From the IMG/VR virus record IMGVR_UViG_3300043296_000027, positions 1-27,488 of that record: a stretch of 27,488 nucleotides of DNA, one strand, 5' to 3'. Under the pieces are notes generated by a model. That model saw nothing but the letters and a program-made list of their open reading frames with translations, did no database searches and was not told where the DNA came from. The first letter of the stretch is position 1. Each line of letters starts with the position of its first letter. Both the position numbers and the translations under genes were made by a program. This stretch comes from a virus (taxonomy: Duplodnaviria; Caudoviricetes). This document shows, piece by piece, positions 16,258 to 25,512 of this stretch.

Positions 16258-17798
16258 GTCTCGACCCTTCCGTCAGCAGGCCCGATGTGGGCGTACGTCT
16301 TGCCCAGCTCGTAGTTGCCGCCTGCTACGTTCGATTCAAACTTGAAACTCATCAGCCGCTTGATCTCTTTAAACTTAACAGTCTCCTCGTCGGAGGAGGA
16401 GGGTGTAGCAAAAATTGTCTCAGTCGCTCCGTCCACCACATCAGCTTTCGCGTTGGCACGTCCACGTACCTGCAGGGTCATGTCACCCGACTGCACCAAG
16501 TCAGGCTCGACGCGTGCAACGTGCAAGGATTTGTCCGCTATGTTCTGGTCGAGCAGTGCAAACTCATGCGTCTCGAACGACGAGCGCACCGCACTGATGC
16601 TGCTCAGGCGAATCTTGTCGAACGCAGTCTCGTGCTGCCACAACGTACGACCGTTTGCCGTGACTTCGTTGTCCACCATGAAGGGACGTTGATACACGTC
16701 AGCGTAGATGCCTGCGCATCGTCCTTGGTTGAGGTCGTCGCTGTCAGGTAACGGTGTGTCGAACCAGTAACCTTCACGCACGTTGAAGACCACAGCGTGC
16801 GTGCACTCGGTCGCACTGCCTCTTGGGTAGCACCACCACAGCTCACCGTAGCGTGGGATCTTCATGCCGAAACATTTCTGCCGCTCGCGGAAGTTGATGT
16901 TGTCGAAAAAGAAATTCTGATTCATGTTGTTTGGAATCTCTCGCACGACACCGTTGAACATGTACCACCGATCCACACCGGGCCAGTAGTAAATGCCGTC
17001 CATCTCGACGACACCCTGCGAACTCATGATGGTTGTGCCACGAGCAATGACGTCGTACGCGAAGTCGGGGGGACCACTTGGAATGAAGGTGGCCCGAATG
17101 ACAATATCGAGACCCCAGAACAGTGCAGCAGGACCTTGCCCAGCTCCACGCAGCGGCATGCCCTTCACGATCTTCTGGGAACCGATGTTGACAGCAACTG
17201 GTTGCAGGGTGAGGTTGTTGGCTACCGACTGCACGATGAGTCCGTCACTACCGTAAGTCCACGTGTACACACCGCTGGTCAGGACACCACCACTGGTTGC
17301 TTCCGCACCGTTCCAGTCGGCGTGTAAGCCAACCGTGTCGAGTACGGTCGTCGCAACGAGGGTGTCGATGTACAGCGTACCGTTGACAGAGTTGTCGATG
17401 TTCTGGGCGTTCTCTGCAGCGTGCGCCATCAGTACATGATTAGGAGTGCCACTGGTGTCAGCGAAGATGTCGAACTGCCACAGGTTGTTGAGATCTGCAT
17501 TGAATCCTACGGGCGTGCGATCACTGAACAAGTTGAGCGAACCGTTCGACACTTGGTACTGACCGATGGTGTTTGGGTGACCGAGGTGTAAGAACTGAAT
17601 GTTATCCTGTGAAAATGAAGCCATGCCGCGAGTAATCTCGGGCACCGTGTCGGTGACCTGCTGATAGCCGCCAATCTTTTTCGGTTTGCCACGCTGGAAC
17701 CTGCACCACTCGCCATCGACGTAGTGTTCGCTGTCGAAACGCGTGCCGTCCCGTTTGATACCGGGAGCAGACGCTAGCATTGCAGGTTGTTCAGCCAT
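16254..17798 (-). CDS. Tail nozzle / packaged-DNA stabilisation protein (P22 gp10 / T7 gp12-like role)
   Basis: PGIKRDGT..YVDGEWCRFQRGKPKKIGGY N-terminus, beta-rich body, YGELWWCYP..VVFNVREGYW, ends in DGR; position before the ejection genes. Confidence 0.7.
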   Translation of the reverse strand: MAEQPAMLASAPGIKRDGTRFDSEHYVDGEWCRFQRGKPKKIGGYQQVTDTVPEITRGMASFSQDNIQFLHLGHPNTIGQYQVSNGSLNLFSDRTPVGFNADLNNLWQFDIFADTSGTPNHVLMAHAAENAQNIDNSVNGTLYIDTLVATTVLDTVGLHADWNGAEATSGGVLTSGVYTWTYGSDGLIVQSVANNLTLQPVAVNIGSQKIVKGMPLRGAGQGPAALFWGLDIVIRATFIPSGPPDFAYDVIARGTTIMSSQGVVEMDGIYYWPGVDRWYMFNGVVREIPNNMNQNFFFDNINFRERQKCFGMKIPRYGELWWCYPRGSATECTHAVVFNVREGYWFDTPLPDSDDLNQGRCAGIYADVYQRPFMVDNEVTANGRTLWQHETAFDKIRLSSISAVRSSFETHEFALLDQNIADKSLHVARVEPDLVQSGDMTLQVRGRANAKADVVDGATETIFATPSSSDEETVKFKEIKRLMSFKFESNVAGGNYELGKTYAHIGPADGRVET

Positions 17799-17802
17799 TC
17801 AA

Positions 17803-20097
17803 TTACTCAATAAGTACGGGGCAAATTGTCATCCAGCCACCGCTGTTGCGAGAAACCGTGTCGATCTGGTTAACCGTTGGCCTCCAGCGGAAGTCGAACG
17901 TCGAAGAAAAGTTATCGAATCTGGCGTATCCGGTGATGCGCAAGTAGGTGCGCTCTCCAGCTGACCCCAAGGTGAGTGACTGGTTGGTTGCTGCGTCGTC
18001 GCTTGCACCTGCACCGCTAGGTGTACCGTCGGCAGTGCGGAAGTCATAGATGTAGCTGCACTCAATAATGTTGGTGCCGTCGAAGTCAAACTCGATCTGA
18101 GCCGTGCCGCCCACTTTAGAGAACGAGGCGTAGACCTCGAACTTGACATAGCCTTGGCGTCTGACAAAGCCTGCGACCAGACGGTTGTCCGCTGCCATCG
18201 TGGTGGTCAGGCTGCGGTCGTCCGCGATGCCACCTGTCATGGCGTGATCGATGTAAGTCAGCACGCGTTCGTTGGAACCTGTACCCGTCGTGTTGTTGTT
18301 AACGAGGAAGCCACCGCTAGTGCCGAAGTACGGATAGGCTGCACCACTGACTGCTGCGGAGCGGGCAACAGGTACGTTGCCGAAGTTCAGCTGTACGCTA
18401 CCATCGGATGTGATCAGGTCGATATAAGTTTTGACGAATCCACCAGTGTTAAAGGTGTCATTGATTCTCCCGTCACCAGAAGCGTCTAGAATCTCAAGTT
18501 CGATACCTCCTCGGAAGTTCAACACTTTCAGCTGGATGGCAATGTCAGAATTCTCACCGTAGTGGAATGGACCTGCACCCAAGAATTCCATCTGGGTGCC
18601 ATCCCATTGGAACTGGATGTCATTACCGGTGCCGAATCGAATCTGTTCATTGTCCAGCAGGATCAGCGGTGCGCCGATGGTGATCGTCTTATCGGTACCT
18701 CCTCCTGACGCTGTGACAAATCCACCAACGAAGTCGAGAACCTGTGCTTGTGTCGCCAGAGGTACCCCTTCATCTTCGATAGTGACTCCGCCCAGTGCGA
18801 GGATGTCAGTGAGCGTCGCTTTGATATTGATGTCAGCACCATCGACATCTTGTAAGACCATGAAGTCGCCGAGTGCCGGAGCAACTGCACCGATGCTTGC
18901 AAGATTGAAATCGAACGTGCGTGGAGTGGATGATAGATCTCCACCTCCAACCATGCCGTCGCCCGCTATCAGGTCGAACGTCTCAGCGACAGCCCCCAAG
19001 TTTACAAGCGCTGTTGGTGCATCGGTTGCACTCGTGCCCCCCTGACCAATGGTGATCGGGAACGCCACACTGGTGGATGACGTCGCGTTGATCACGTCGG
19101 TAGCATCGCAGTAAACGATTACGCTCTGCCCTTGCGGGATGGTTATCCCTGCACCAGCAGCTGTGGAAACCTCCAGCGAGAAGGCACCACTCGTCTGGTT
19201 ATCTGCCCAGTACTGCTGCGTCGTATTCGGTACGACGATGCGTCGGTTACCCGTCAGTGCGCCCGTAAATCTATACGAGATCCTGTCGAGGTTTGCACCG
19301 GAGAGTACGAAGTCACCAGAGCCCGGTACCGCAAGCGACACGAAGTCGAACGCAATGGTCGAGGCAACAGTGAGTCCGATGGTGAAAAAGTCAGTGCCGT
19401 CTGTGAAGATAAACGTACTACCATTCGGATCGAGGTTGAGACTCGACGCTCCATCGATGTCGCCAGACGGGGGCACGATGTTAAGCGTACCGCTGCCTGC
19501 GTTGCGCAGCATGAAGAACCAGTTGTTGAAAACCACTCCCGGTGATGGCAAGTTACATGTGCCTGCACCTGCCGTGTAAATCAGGCACTTCGCTCGATCA
19601 CCATTGACCACAGTGAAAGGTGTTCCAGCCTCGACATCCGAATCAATGATCTGGTCCAGCTGAATACCAAAAGGTCTGAGACCATCACCTGCTAACGCAG
19701 AGGCAGACGCTTGGGTAGCTGCATTGCCACCCAGTTGGAAAGTTGTCCACACACCCATATCGGTCGAGTTGTCCGTGAGCACGATGACCCACTGCTCACC
19801 GGGCTGCACGGATTGAATCGTGCCGCCTGTGTTGTCGCGCACGGTGAAGACGTTGACGCCTCCCACGTTGTTGAACGTCGCTTTGTTACCCAGCGAGGTG
19901 TTCCTCGCGTCAGGCATGTCGATGTTGAGTCCACCAGCTGTGGTATTGACATCGATGATGTCTGCAACGACGTCTCCGCCTGTGATCTGTTGCTCAGTCG
20001 GCCATTGCAAGACAACATCGATGGCTGTGGTGAGTGCGAGATAAGTGACCCTCGATGGGAAGATCAAATTGCCGCCAAATACGTCGGAGTAACCCAT
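17803..20097 (-). CDS. Tail fibre / tail appendage protein (764 aa)
   Basis: Gly/Thr/Asn-rich beta composition, ITIGQGGTSAT..ALVNLG fibre motif, FTGALTGNRRIVVP module, modules shared with the second fibre. Confidence 0.75.
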   Translation of the reverse strand: MGYSDVFGGNLIFPSRVTYLALTTAIDVVLQWPTEQQITGGDVVADIIDVNTTAGGLNIDMPDARNTSLGNKATFNNVGGVNVFTVRDNTGGTIQSVQPGEQWVIVLTDNSTDMGVWTTFQLGGNAATQASASALAGDGLRPFGIQLDQIIDSDVEAGTPFTVVNGDRAKCLIYTAGAGTCNLPSPGVVFNNWFFMLRNAGSGTLNIVPPSGDIDGASSLNLDPNGSTFIFTDGTDFFTIGLTVASTIAFDFVSLAVPGSGDFVLSGANLDRISYRFTGALTGNRRIVVPNTTQQYWADNQTSGAFSLEVSTAAGAGITIPQGQSVIVYCDATDVINATSSTSVAFPITIGQGGTSATDAPTALVNLGAVAETFDLIAGDGMVGGGDLSSTPRTFDFNLASIGAVAPALGDFMVLQDVDGADINIKATLTDILALGGVTIEDEGVPLATQAQVLDFVGGFVTASGGGTDKTITIGAPLILLDNEQIRFGTGNDIQFQWDGTQMEFLGAGPFHYGENSDIAIQLKVLNFRGGIELEILDASGDGRINDTFNTGGFVKTYIDLITSDGSVQLNFGNVPVARSAAVSGAAYPYFGTSGGFLVNNNTTGTGSNERVLTYIDHAMTGGIADDRSLTTTMAADNRLVAGFVRRQGYVKFEVYASFSKVGGTAQIEFDFDGTNIIECSYIYDFRTADGTPSGAGASDDAATNQSLTLGSAGERTYLRITGYARFDNFSSTFDFRWRPTVNQIDTVSRNSGGWMTICPVLIE

Positions 20098-20741
20098 TAG
20101 ACTGTGTCCCTAGTAACGTTTCTATCGACGATGCGTTTGATGTCCTGCCCTTCAAGAATTGCAACGTCTTTCTCGTAAATCGCTTCCCACGTGGGAATGC
20201 GTTCGTCGTTCTTTAAAAACGGAGTTGCCTGCAGGAGCGCGCCATGAAGTAGGGCGTTCGGGGCAAAGTCCGACGACCAATTCGTTTGATTGGTGGCATC
20301 CAGAAGTGCAGGCAACTCCCAATAATTGACCTCGAATGGATATGCGAAGTCAGCTGACGGAGCTATCAACCAGTTGAAGTAATCGTAGTCAGCATAGAAC
20401 TTTGGCTGAGCAGTCAAATCTTCATCCGGCCAATAGCGCCGACAGTACTCGTAGCTGCGAGCGAACAGAGGGGTGCGTACCTGTGTAGTGCCCACACCGA
20501 AGTTGATCGAGATGGTATCTCTCCACCTGTCGGGCTTCGGAATTACTGACTGTCCAACACCCAGCGTATCCGTGACCACAGTCACGAATCCGAGGATCTT
20601 TAACCGGTTTGCCAGCTCACGCTCAGCCAGATTGATCAGGCTGGGCAGCTGTTCAAACACAGTAGGATCGACAGCCGTGCCTCGCTCCAAATATGCACGG
20701 AGATCAGCAAGAAGCGAGTCGAATGTCATTGAGACAGCCAT
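20097..20741 (-). CDS. Head-tail adaptor / tail tubular protein-like
   Basis: MTFDSLLADLRAYLER..LPSLINLAERE..PKFYA..IAPSAD..TNWSSDFAPNALLHGALLQA..FLKND pattern. Confidence 0.7.
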   Translation of the reverse strand: MAVSMTFDSLLADLRAYLERGTAVDPTVFEQLPSLINLAERELANRLKILGFVTVVTDTLGVGQSVIPKPDRWRDTISINFGVGTTQVRTPLFARSYEYCRRYWPDEDLTAQPKFYADYDYFNWLIAPSADFAYPFEVNYWELPALLDATNQTNWSSDFAPNALLHGALLQATPFLKNDERIPTWEAIYEKDVAILEGQDIKRIVDRNVTRDTV

Positions 20742-20751
20742 TAGCTACTCC

Positions 20752-21192
20752 TCACCCTGTTACGGGTGGATCTTCTTCTTCAGGTGGATCGACCGGCTCT
20801 TCAGTCGGTGTTTCCACTGCGGGTGAAGCTGGTTCAGAGTCAACGGGGTCGGTTGGTACTTCGTCGTCCACAGTTTCTTCTGGCTCTTCTTCTTCAAGAA
20901 GCTCCTCCTTCGCTGCCTGCAAACGTGCGTGCGCGTCGTCAGACCTTGCGCGCATGACATCCCATTCACCGGGGGAGGGTTCTCTGCCTTTTGCAGCCAT
21001 CTCTTCGATGAGTGAAGTGAACTCCTTGAGATCGTCGAGCGCATCGTCACCCTGTGAAATTAGAGCGCCGAGTATGCCGAGTAGCTCGGAGGCTTGGCCC
21101 AGTTTTAGGCTGCTGCCACCACCCAATGCAGGGTTGGACAACACCGTACTCAGACCGTTGATTGCGAGTATTGCTAGTGAAATTGGATCCAT
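20752..21192 (-). CDS. Hypothetical protein with hydrophobic N-terminus and acidic Pro-rich tail (lysis-cassette associated)
   Basis: AGGAG RBS; follows the lipoprotein gene. Confidence 0.65.
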   Translation of the reverse strand: MDPISLAILAINGLSTVLSNPALGGGSSLKLGQASELLGILGALISQGDDALDDLKEFTSLIEEMAAKGREPSPGEWDVMRARSDDAHARLQAAKEELLEEEEPEETVDDEVPTDPVDSEPASPAVETPTEEPVDPPEEEDPPVTG

Positions 21193-21194
21193 TG

Positions 21195-21605
21195 TTATTG
21201 TGCTCCTTTGATGTTTCGAATTAATTCATTCATCAGGGGAGCCAACTCTGAGATCCAACTGTTAAGTTCCCTCGACGCAATAGCAAACTGTTGTTCGCTT
21301 GTTTCTCCTGCGTCGAATTCAGCTTTCACAATTAAAAACGCGGTGTAGGCAACTAATAAACTGTCGGCCACCGGCTTCGCTCGTTCCTCTGCCTGAATGA
21401 TGCGTAATTTGACACCGCGAGGGATGGCAGGATCTTCAACAAGATCAGCAGCCGTCTCCTGTAAAATGACAAACGTGCCGTAAGCAGCAAACGCTCGCTG
21501 CTCTGGCGTTTCCGCTGCCGCAATAGGATTAGCGGACTGACACCCTGCAAGAGCAAAGAGCCAGAGCATCAACCATGCGTAGCGGTAGTCGAGTTTCCTC
21601 ACCAT
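21195..21605 (-). CDS. Lipoprotein, possible outer-membrane lysis (spanin-like) component
   Basis: GGAGGT RBS before ATG 21605; signal peptide with lipobox LAGC; adjacent to holin and endolysin. Confidence 0.7.
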   Translation of the reverse strand: MVRKLDYRYAWLMLWLFALAGCQSANPIAAAETPEQRAFAAYGTFVILQETAADLVEDPAIPRGVKLRIIQAEERAKPVADSLLVAYTAFLIVKAEFDAGETSEQQFAIASRELNSWISELAPLMNELIRNIKGAQ

Positions 21606-21606
21606 A

Positions 21607-21837
21607 CTAAATACCTCCATCTCCAGTGCCTGAGATTTTATTCACCGTACGCCGCACCGTGAGCGCTTGGTAATCTTTGAAAAATGCTACTGCTGCACCA
21701 CCGACAAGAGAGACCCACGTTGCCGTTGTTAGATCGGCAAACGTCAGATCTGGATTGCTAGTGAACAGCGTTACGACGCTTGATCCAAACAGAATCAGCG
21801 CTGCAATGAGTGCCCCTGTGAGAGTGTTAATGTTCAT
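21607..21837 (-). CDS. Putative holin (two TM segments, basic C-tail)
   Basis: GGAGGA RBS before ATG 21837; LTGALIAALILFGSSVVTLF and WVSLVGGAAVAFF hydrophobic helices; next to the endolysin. Confidence 0.6.
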   Translation of the reverse strand: MNINTLTGALIAALILFGSSVVTLFTSNPDLTFADLTTATWVSLVGGAAVAFFKDYQALTVRRTVNKISGTGDGGI

Positions 21838-22285
21838 GACCTTTCCTCCAGCTATTGATGTACTCGTCCGTCGTGCCACGTCCGAGATCTGTGTTGTAGT
21901 GCTCCTTCCAGTAAGTAGCCTGATGTTTCAGGTCACCTGCTTGCGGAAGCGGAGCGCGCACACGCCTGTAATGCACACGACACATCGCAACTGCGTACTT
22001 CAAATTCCAGATCAACTCTCGCGAATCCGGACCTCCGATTTCAGACACAGCTGCTGCTAGCCTGTCACGGTACTGTAGGTAGTTATTCCAGATGTCATCA
22101 TGCGTTGCGGGTTCCATCTGGCACACGCCCAACGCTGGACCGCTGCCCAGCTGCTTGATGTAAATAAGTCTCGACTCTTGAAGACATGTGCCCAGCACCA
22201 GCTCGGAAGCTGCTGTCGAGTACAGGCCCAAATCTTCGAGAGTCGGCTCGATGATCAGGTCAATAAATTGTTCGCGATCAATCAC
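21827..22285 (-). CDS. Lysozyme-like / lytic transglycosylase endolysin
   Basis: LVLGTCLQES (candidate catalytic Glu), GPALGVCQMEPAT, YWKEHYNT; lysozyme-fold signature within a membrane-gene cluster. Confidence 0.75.
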   Translation of the reverse strand: MIDREQFIDLIIEPTLEDLGLYSTAASELVLGTCLQESRLIYIKQLGSGPALGVCQMEPATHDDIWNNYLQYRDRLAAAVSEIGGPDSRELIWNLKYAVAMCRVHYRRVRAPLPQAGDLKHQATYWKEHYNTDLGRGTTDEYINSWRKGHEH

Positions 22286-22629
22286 GAAGTGTTATCCGTT
22301 TTCAATTCTGCTCTCGCTTCTTGCAACGCTTCCAGCTCGATCTCCAGATCAGCCAGATACTCTGCGTCGTCTTGTTCCCAGTCCGTGTCCTGACGCTGCC
22401 GGAACTTCAGCGCTGCGATCTCTTTACGCAACGAATTGATGTCACGTGTCAGCAGCACCGAGAATGCAGACTTAATTGGTTGCGCTTGGTCTTGTGCAAT
22501 CTGCTTAAAGTCTTCAGCCAACGATGCAGAGATGAGTGGCTTGCCGACGTACCACAGAACAGGGATCACGACCGCGAGAGACGCAACGGTGCTAAAAATT
22601 GTGCTTATTGAAACTTCTCTCGCAGCCAT
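22282..22629 (-). CDS. Single-TM membrane protein with coiled-coil C-terminus (lysis-associated)
   Basis: IFSTVASLAVVIPVLWYVG TM helix followed by heptads; directly upstream of the endolysin. Confidence 0.65.
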   Translation of the reverse strand: MAAREVSISTIFSTVASLAVVIPVLWYVGKPLISASLAEDFKQIAQDQAQPIKSAFSVLLTRDINSLRKEIAALKFRQRQDTDWEQDDAEYLADLEIELEALQEARAELKTDNTS

Positions 22630-22640
22630 AATCCTATCCC

Positions 22641-22958
22641 TTATGCCTCAGGCTTCGGGTCTTCACCGCTTTCGTTTGCGGCGCTTGCCTCCGCCCCGCT
22701 TTGGTCTTGGTCCCCTTGGGGTGGGGTTTCCACGGGAGCCATGGCGGGCTTTGGGCCACCCCCTCCAATATTTTCCTGCGGAGGAGGTCCAAGCACCACT
22801 TCACCATTCGCTATCGCTTGCAACATCCCTTCGAGAACACCCAGTGCTCCAGACTTCGCTACCTTCAGCGGCACCGGGAGATCATCCACTTGCAACAGCG
22901 TCACACCTGCTGCTGCAGCCATTTGAACCTGAACTGCTGTTACTTCTTGCTTTGCCAT
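22641..22958 (-). CDS. Hypothetical protein downstream of the tail fibre
   Basis: AGGAGAAGGA RBS; helical N-half, disordered C-half. Confidence 0.65.
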   Translation of the reverse strand: MAKQEVTAVQVQMAAAAGVTLLQVDDLPVPLKVAKSGALGVLEGMLQAIANGEVVLGPPPQENIGGGGPKPAMAPVETPPQGDQDQSGAEASAANESGEDPKPEA

Positions 22959-22995
22959 TTTTCCTTCTCCTAATTATCCACTTTCGTGGTTTGTG

Positions 22996-25152
22996 TTATT
23001 CCCTGATCAACTGCGCGGTCAGACTCGACGTGTTGTTGATTGAAAGATCGTTTGCATTGCTGCTTTGCTGCGCCCACTGGAAGGACAAGACGCCAGCAAC
23101 TGTGACCACTGCGACACCCTCGATGTCGAGGTAGTCCGAAGCTCCTACCGTCGTGATGGTTGCGTAGTTCGACGTTGAATTGAAAAACGTTGGATTACGT
23201 TGAGCGTCCGCACCGTTGATCCTGTTCTGCTGTATGAAGCGCGTTCGAGCAATGCTGCCTGTGAAGTTCAGCCGGTACTGTATGCCCATGCCGCCAGCCG
23301 TGTTAGCCGAGAGAATGGCTATGAGGTGGATCCTGTACGTGCCGACAGGCAACGTCATCGTAAGTTCGGCGTCATCGGATAAGACAATGTCGGTGTTCGT
23401 ACTCTCAGTAGTCGCCTTCTCCCTCGCAACGCTGAACCCACTTACTACAAAATCATTGCCGGTGTCATCGGTGAACATGAGCGTGTTGGGATTGTCGTTG
23501 CGCACCCAGACCTGACCATCACCCAGTACGTCTGCCTCAGCCGCTGCCTGTTCTCCAATGAAAATGGGAGGGCAAACGAGTTTCGCGAAGCTGCTCTGTG
23601 CGATTTCGAAGATACCCGAACCGAAGTCTGCACCTGCAATACCCCATTGAAGTGTTGGTCCGAGATTCTGTACAAACGTTGCTGAGTTGTCGGAAGGATT
23701 GCGGAAGTGTATAGCTGTGCTGACACCAAGCTTCAGATCAAATACCGCATTGTCAAACGTCCAGTCGCCTGTGATCGTCTGGTTAGCCGCAGGATCGAAG
23801 CTGGTACTAAGATCAGCTGTGGTCAGTACGCGTTCAAGGCCTGCACCAGTATTTAAGTTGTTAGCGAGGAAGCCACCGTCTGCTGCGGCAGCAGTCTCAG
23901 CTACGGTCGTACCTACCTGAGCGTGTTGGAATCTGACTGCAACGCCGAAATCTACTTCGACCTGCGCACCGTTCAGGCCACCGATAATTACATTGCTACC
24001 TGCGGTACCGGCACCATTGATGTTGATAAATAATGTAGCGTTGAAGCCGCCCGAACTTTGTCGAGTCTGAATATTCTGACGGTTGATCTGCATCATGCCC
24101 ATCGTGCCAGTCAGGTTAGGACCGATATTCAAAGCAACGTTGGCGTACGGAGAAATCGTTTGACTGACTGACTCTGAACTCGTGGCGTTAATCGAAGCAA
24201 TGATCAGTGGGTCTGGGATTGCTCCTCCTGCAGCGACATAATTTCCCTCTTCGTTGAGGAAGTCAGTCGCAACGCCAGCATTTGATAACGAGACTCCGTT
24301 GACCGACACGCCCGTGATCGCAGCATCAAGGTTAACGATAGGATTGACCGGGTCGGCGACATTGACACTGATGTTCGTGCCACCAACAACCGAATCCACC
24401 TGACCACCCGGCACTACGAGGTCACCTATGGTCAGAACACGTTCCAGACCAGCACCGGTCAATGTGTTGTTGACTGACAAGCCACCAGCTGCAGGAGCGA
24501 GCGACAATGCAATGGTATCCAAGCCACCTCTGAGAAGACTGACCTCTGCGCCTGAGCGAAGTTGTGAATCTGCTCCACCCGTTCCACCAAAGAATGCTGT
24601 GCCGTCATCCTGAATGCGGATCAAGTCGTTGCCGCCAACTTGCACGACGTACTGATACGCACCACCACCGAGATTGCTCGACTCCAAGCTCACGTCACCG
24701 TTCAGGGCTCGCAACAGCAAGCCAGCACTTGCAACGATTTGGTAATTACTCTGAAGCTGATTCAATCCAATGTTAATTAGGAGATCACCACCAGTGTCTT
24801 CCCAGTTCACACCGTCAACATTGAACAGCAAGTCGCCGGTTGCTTGCCCAGTGAGATCAACGTCGCTTAATGCAGCGAGTGTAGTAACACCTCCGGGGAT
24901 CGTGATTGTCTTGGTACTTCCTACACCGCTCGCTGCTACACCAGCACCGACAAAGTCCAACGTGGTGGCTCCACCCGCAAGCGGTACGCCTTCGTCCTCA
25001 ACGATGATCGATGCAAGTAGTGCCAAATCGTCAGACGCAACTTTACGGCTGACTGTCTCGCCACCTTCAATGGTCTGCACCTCGAAGAAACTGTTCGGTC
25101 CATCCAACGGCAACGTCGCAAGGGGCAGACTTGAAATTGCTATGTTAGGCAT
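22996..25152 (-). CDS. Tail fibre protein (718 aa)
   Basis: Start MPNIAISSLPLAT at 25152 with GAGGA RBS; TLAALSDVDL..GDLL...W and QVDSVVGGTNISV fibre repeats; C-terminal beta-sandwich. Confidence 0.8.
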   Translation of the reverse strand: MPNIAISSLPLATLPLDGPNSFFEVQTIEGGETVSRKVASDDLALLASIIVEDEGVPLAGGATTLDFVGAGVAASGVGSTKTITIPGGVTTLAALSDVDLTGQATGDLLFNVDGVNWEDTGGDLLINIGLNQLQSNYQIVASAGLLLRALNGDVSLESSNLGGGAYQYVVQVGGNDLIRIQDDGTAFFGGTGGADSQLRSGAEVSLLRGGLDTIALSLAPAAGGLSVNNTLTGAGLERVLTIGDLVVPGGQVDSVVGGTNISVNVADPVNPIVNLDAAITGVSVNGVSLSNAGVATDFLNEEGNYVAAGGAIPDPLIIASINATSSESVSQTISPYANVALNIGPNLTGTMGMMQINRQNIQTRQSSGGFNATLFININGAGTAGSNVIIGGLNGAQVEVDFGVAVRFQHAQVGTTVAETAAAADGGFLANNLNTGAGLERVLTTADLSTSFDPAANQTITGDWTFDNAVFDLKLGVSTAIHFRNPSDNSATFVQNLGPTLQWGIAGADFGSGIFEIAQSSFAKLVCPPIFIGEQAAAEADVLGDGQVWVRNDNPNTLMFTDDTGNDFVVSGFSVAREKATTESTNTDIVLSDDAELTMTLPVGTYRIHLIAILSANTAGGMGIQYRLNFTGSIARTRFIQQNRINGADAQRNPTFFNSTSNYATITTVGASDYLDIEGVAVVTVAGVLSFQWAQQSSNANDLSINNTSSLTAQLIRE

Positions 25153-25510
25153 TATTGGCTTCCTCGTTTCCGGCAATTTCCGATGGTTCAAGCACACGTA
25201 GCCTGCCGTCTTCCGTCACACGTGGACTTGTACCGGGAGCGTCACGCACACCACCGATGAAGTTCACATTCGGGTCCGGACCTCCTGTCGTCAGGTCTTG
25301 GTCGGGTCGATAGAACGGCAGCGTGATGCGATCTGCCTGACGTGGAGCCAGACGATACGGATCGTAATCATCGAGGTCATCGATGCAGACCTTAATCCCC
25401 GGACTGTTCGGGTCCGAGTGCAGGTCTTCCAGAAAAAACTTGCAACTACATCGGGCACAGATCCCGATGCCGAACGTTGTTTTCCCAGTTGGATCTAAAA
25501 AAATTGGCAT
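25145..25510 (-). CDS. Small conserved virion-module protein with CxxC..VC motif
   Basis: GICARCSCKF..L..VC..DP..RPD pattern, typically found after the adaptor gene in this kind of phage. Confidence 0.7.
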   Translation of the reverse strand: MPIFLDPTGKTTFGIGICARCSCKFFLEDLHSDPNSPGIKVCIDDLDDYDPYRLAPRQADRITLPFYRPDQDLTTGGPDPNVNFIGGVRDAPGTSPRVTEDGRLRVLEPSEIAGNEEANNA

Positions 25511-25512
25511 GC

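Noticed and set aside
22978-22989. CCAC-GAAA-GTGG mini-hairpin after the tail fibre stop
   Set aside because: Only a 4-bp stem and no U-tract on the coding strand; too weak to call a terminator.
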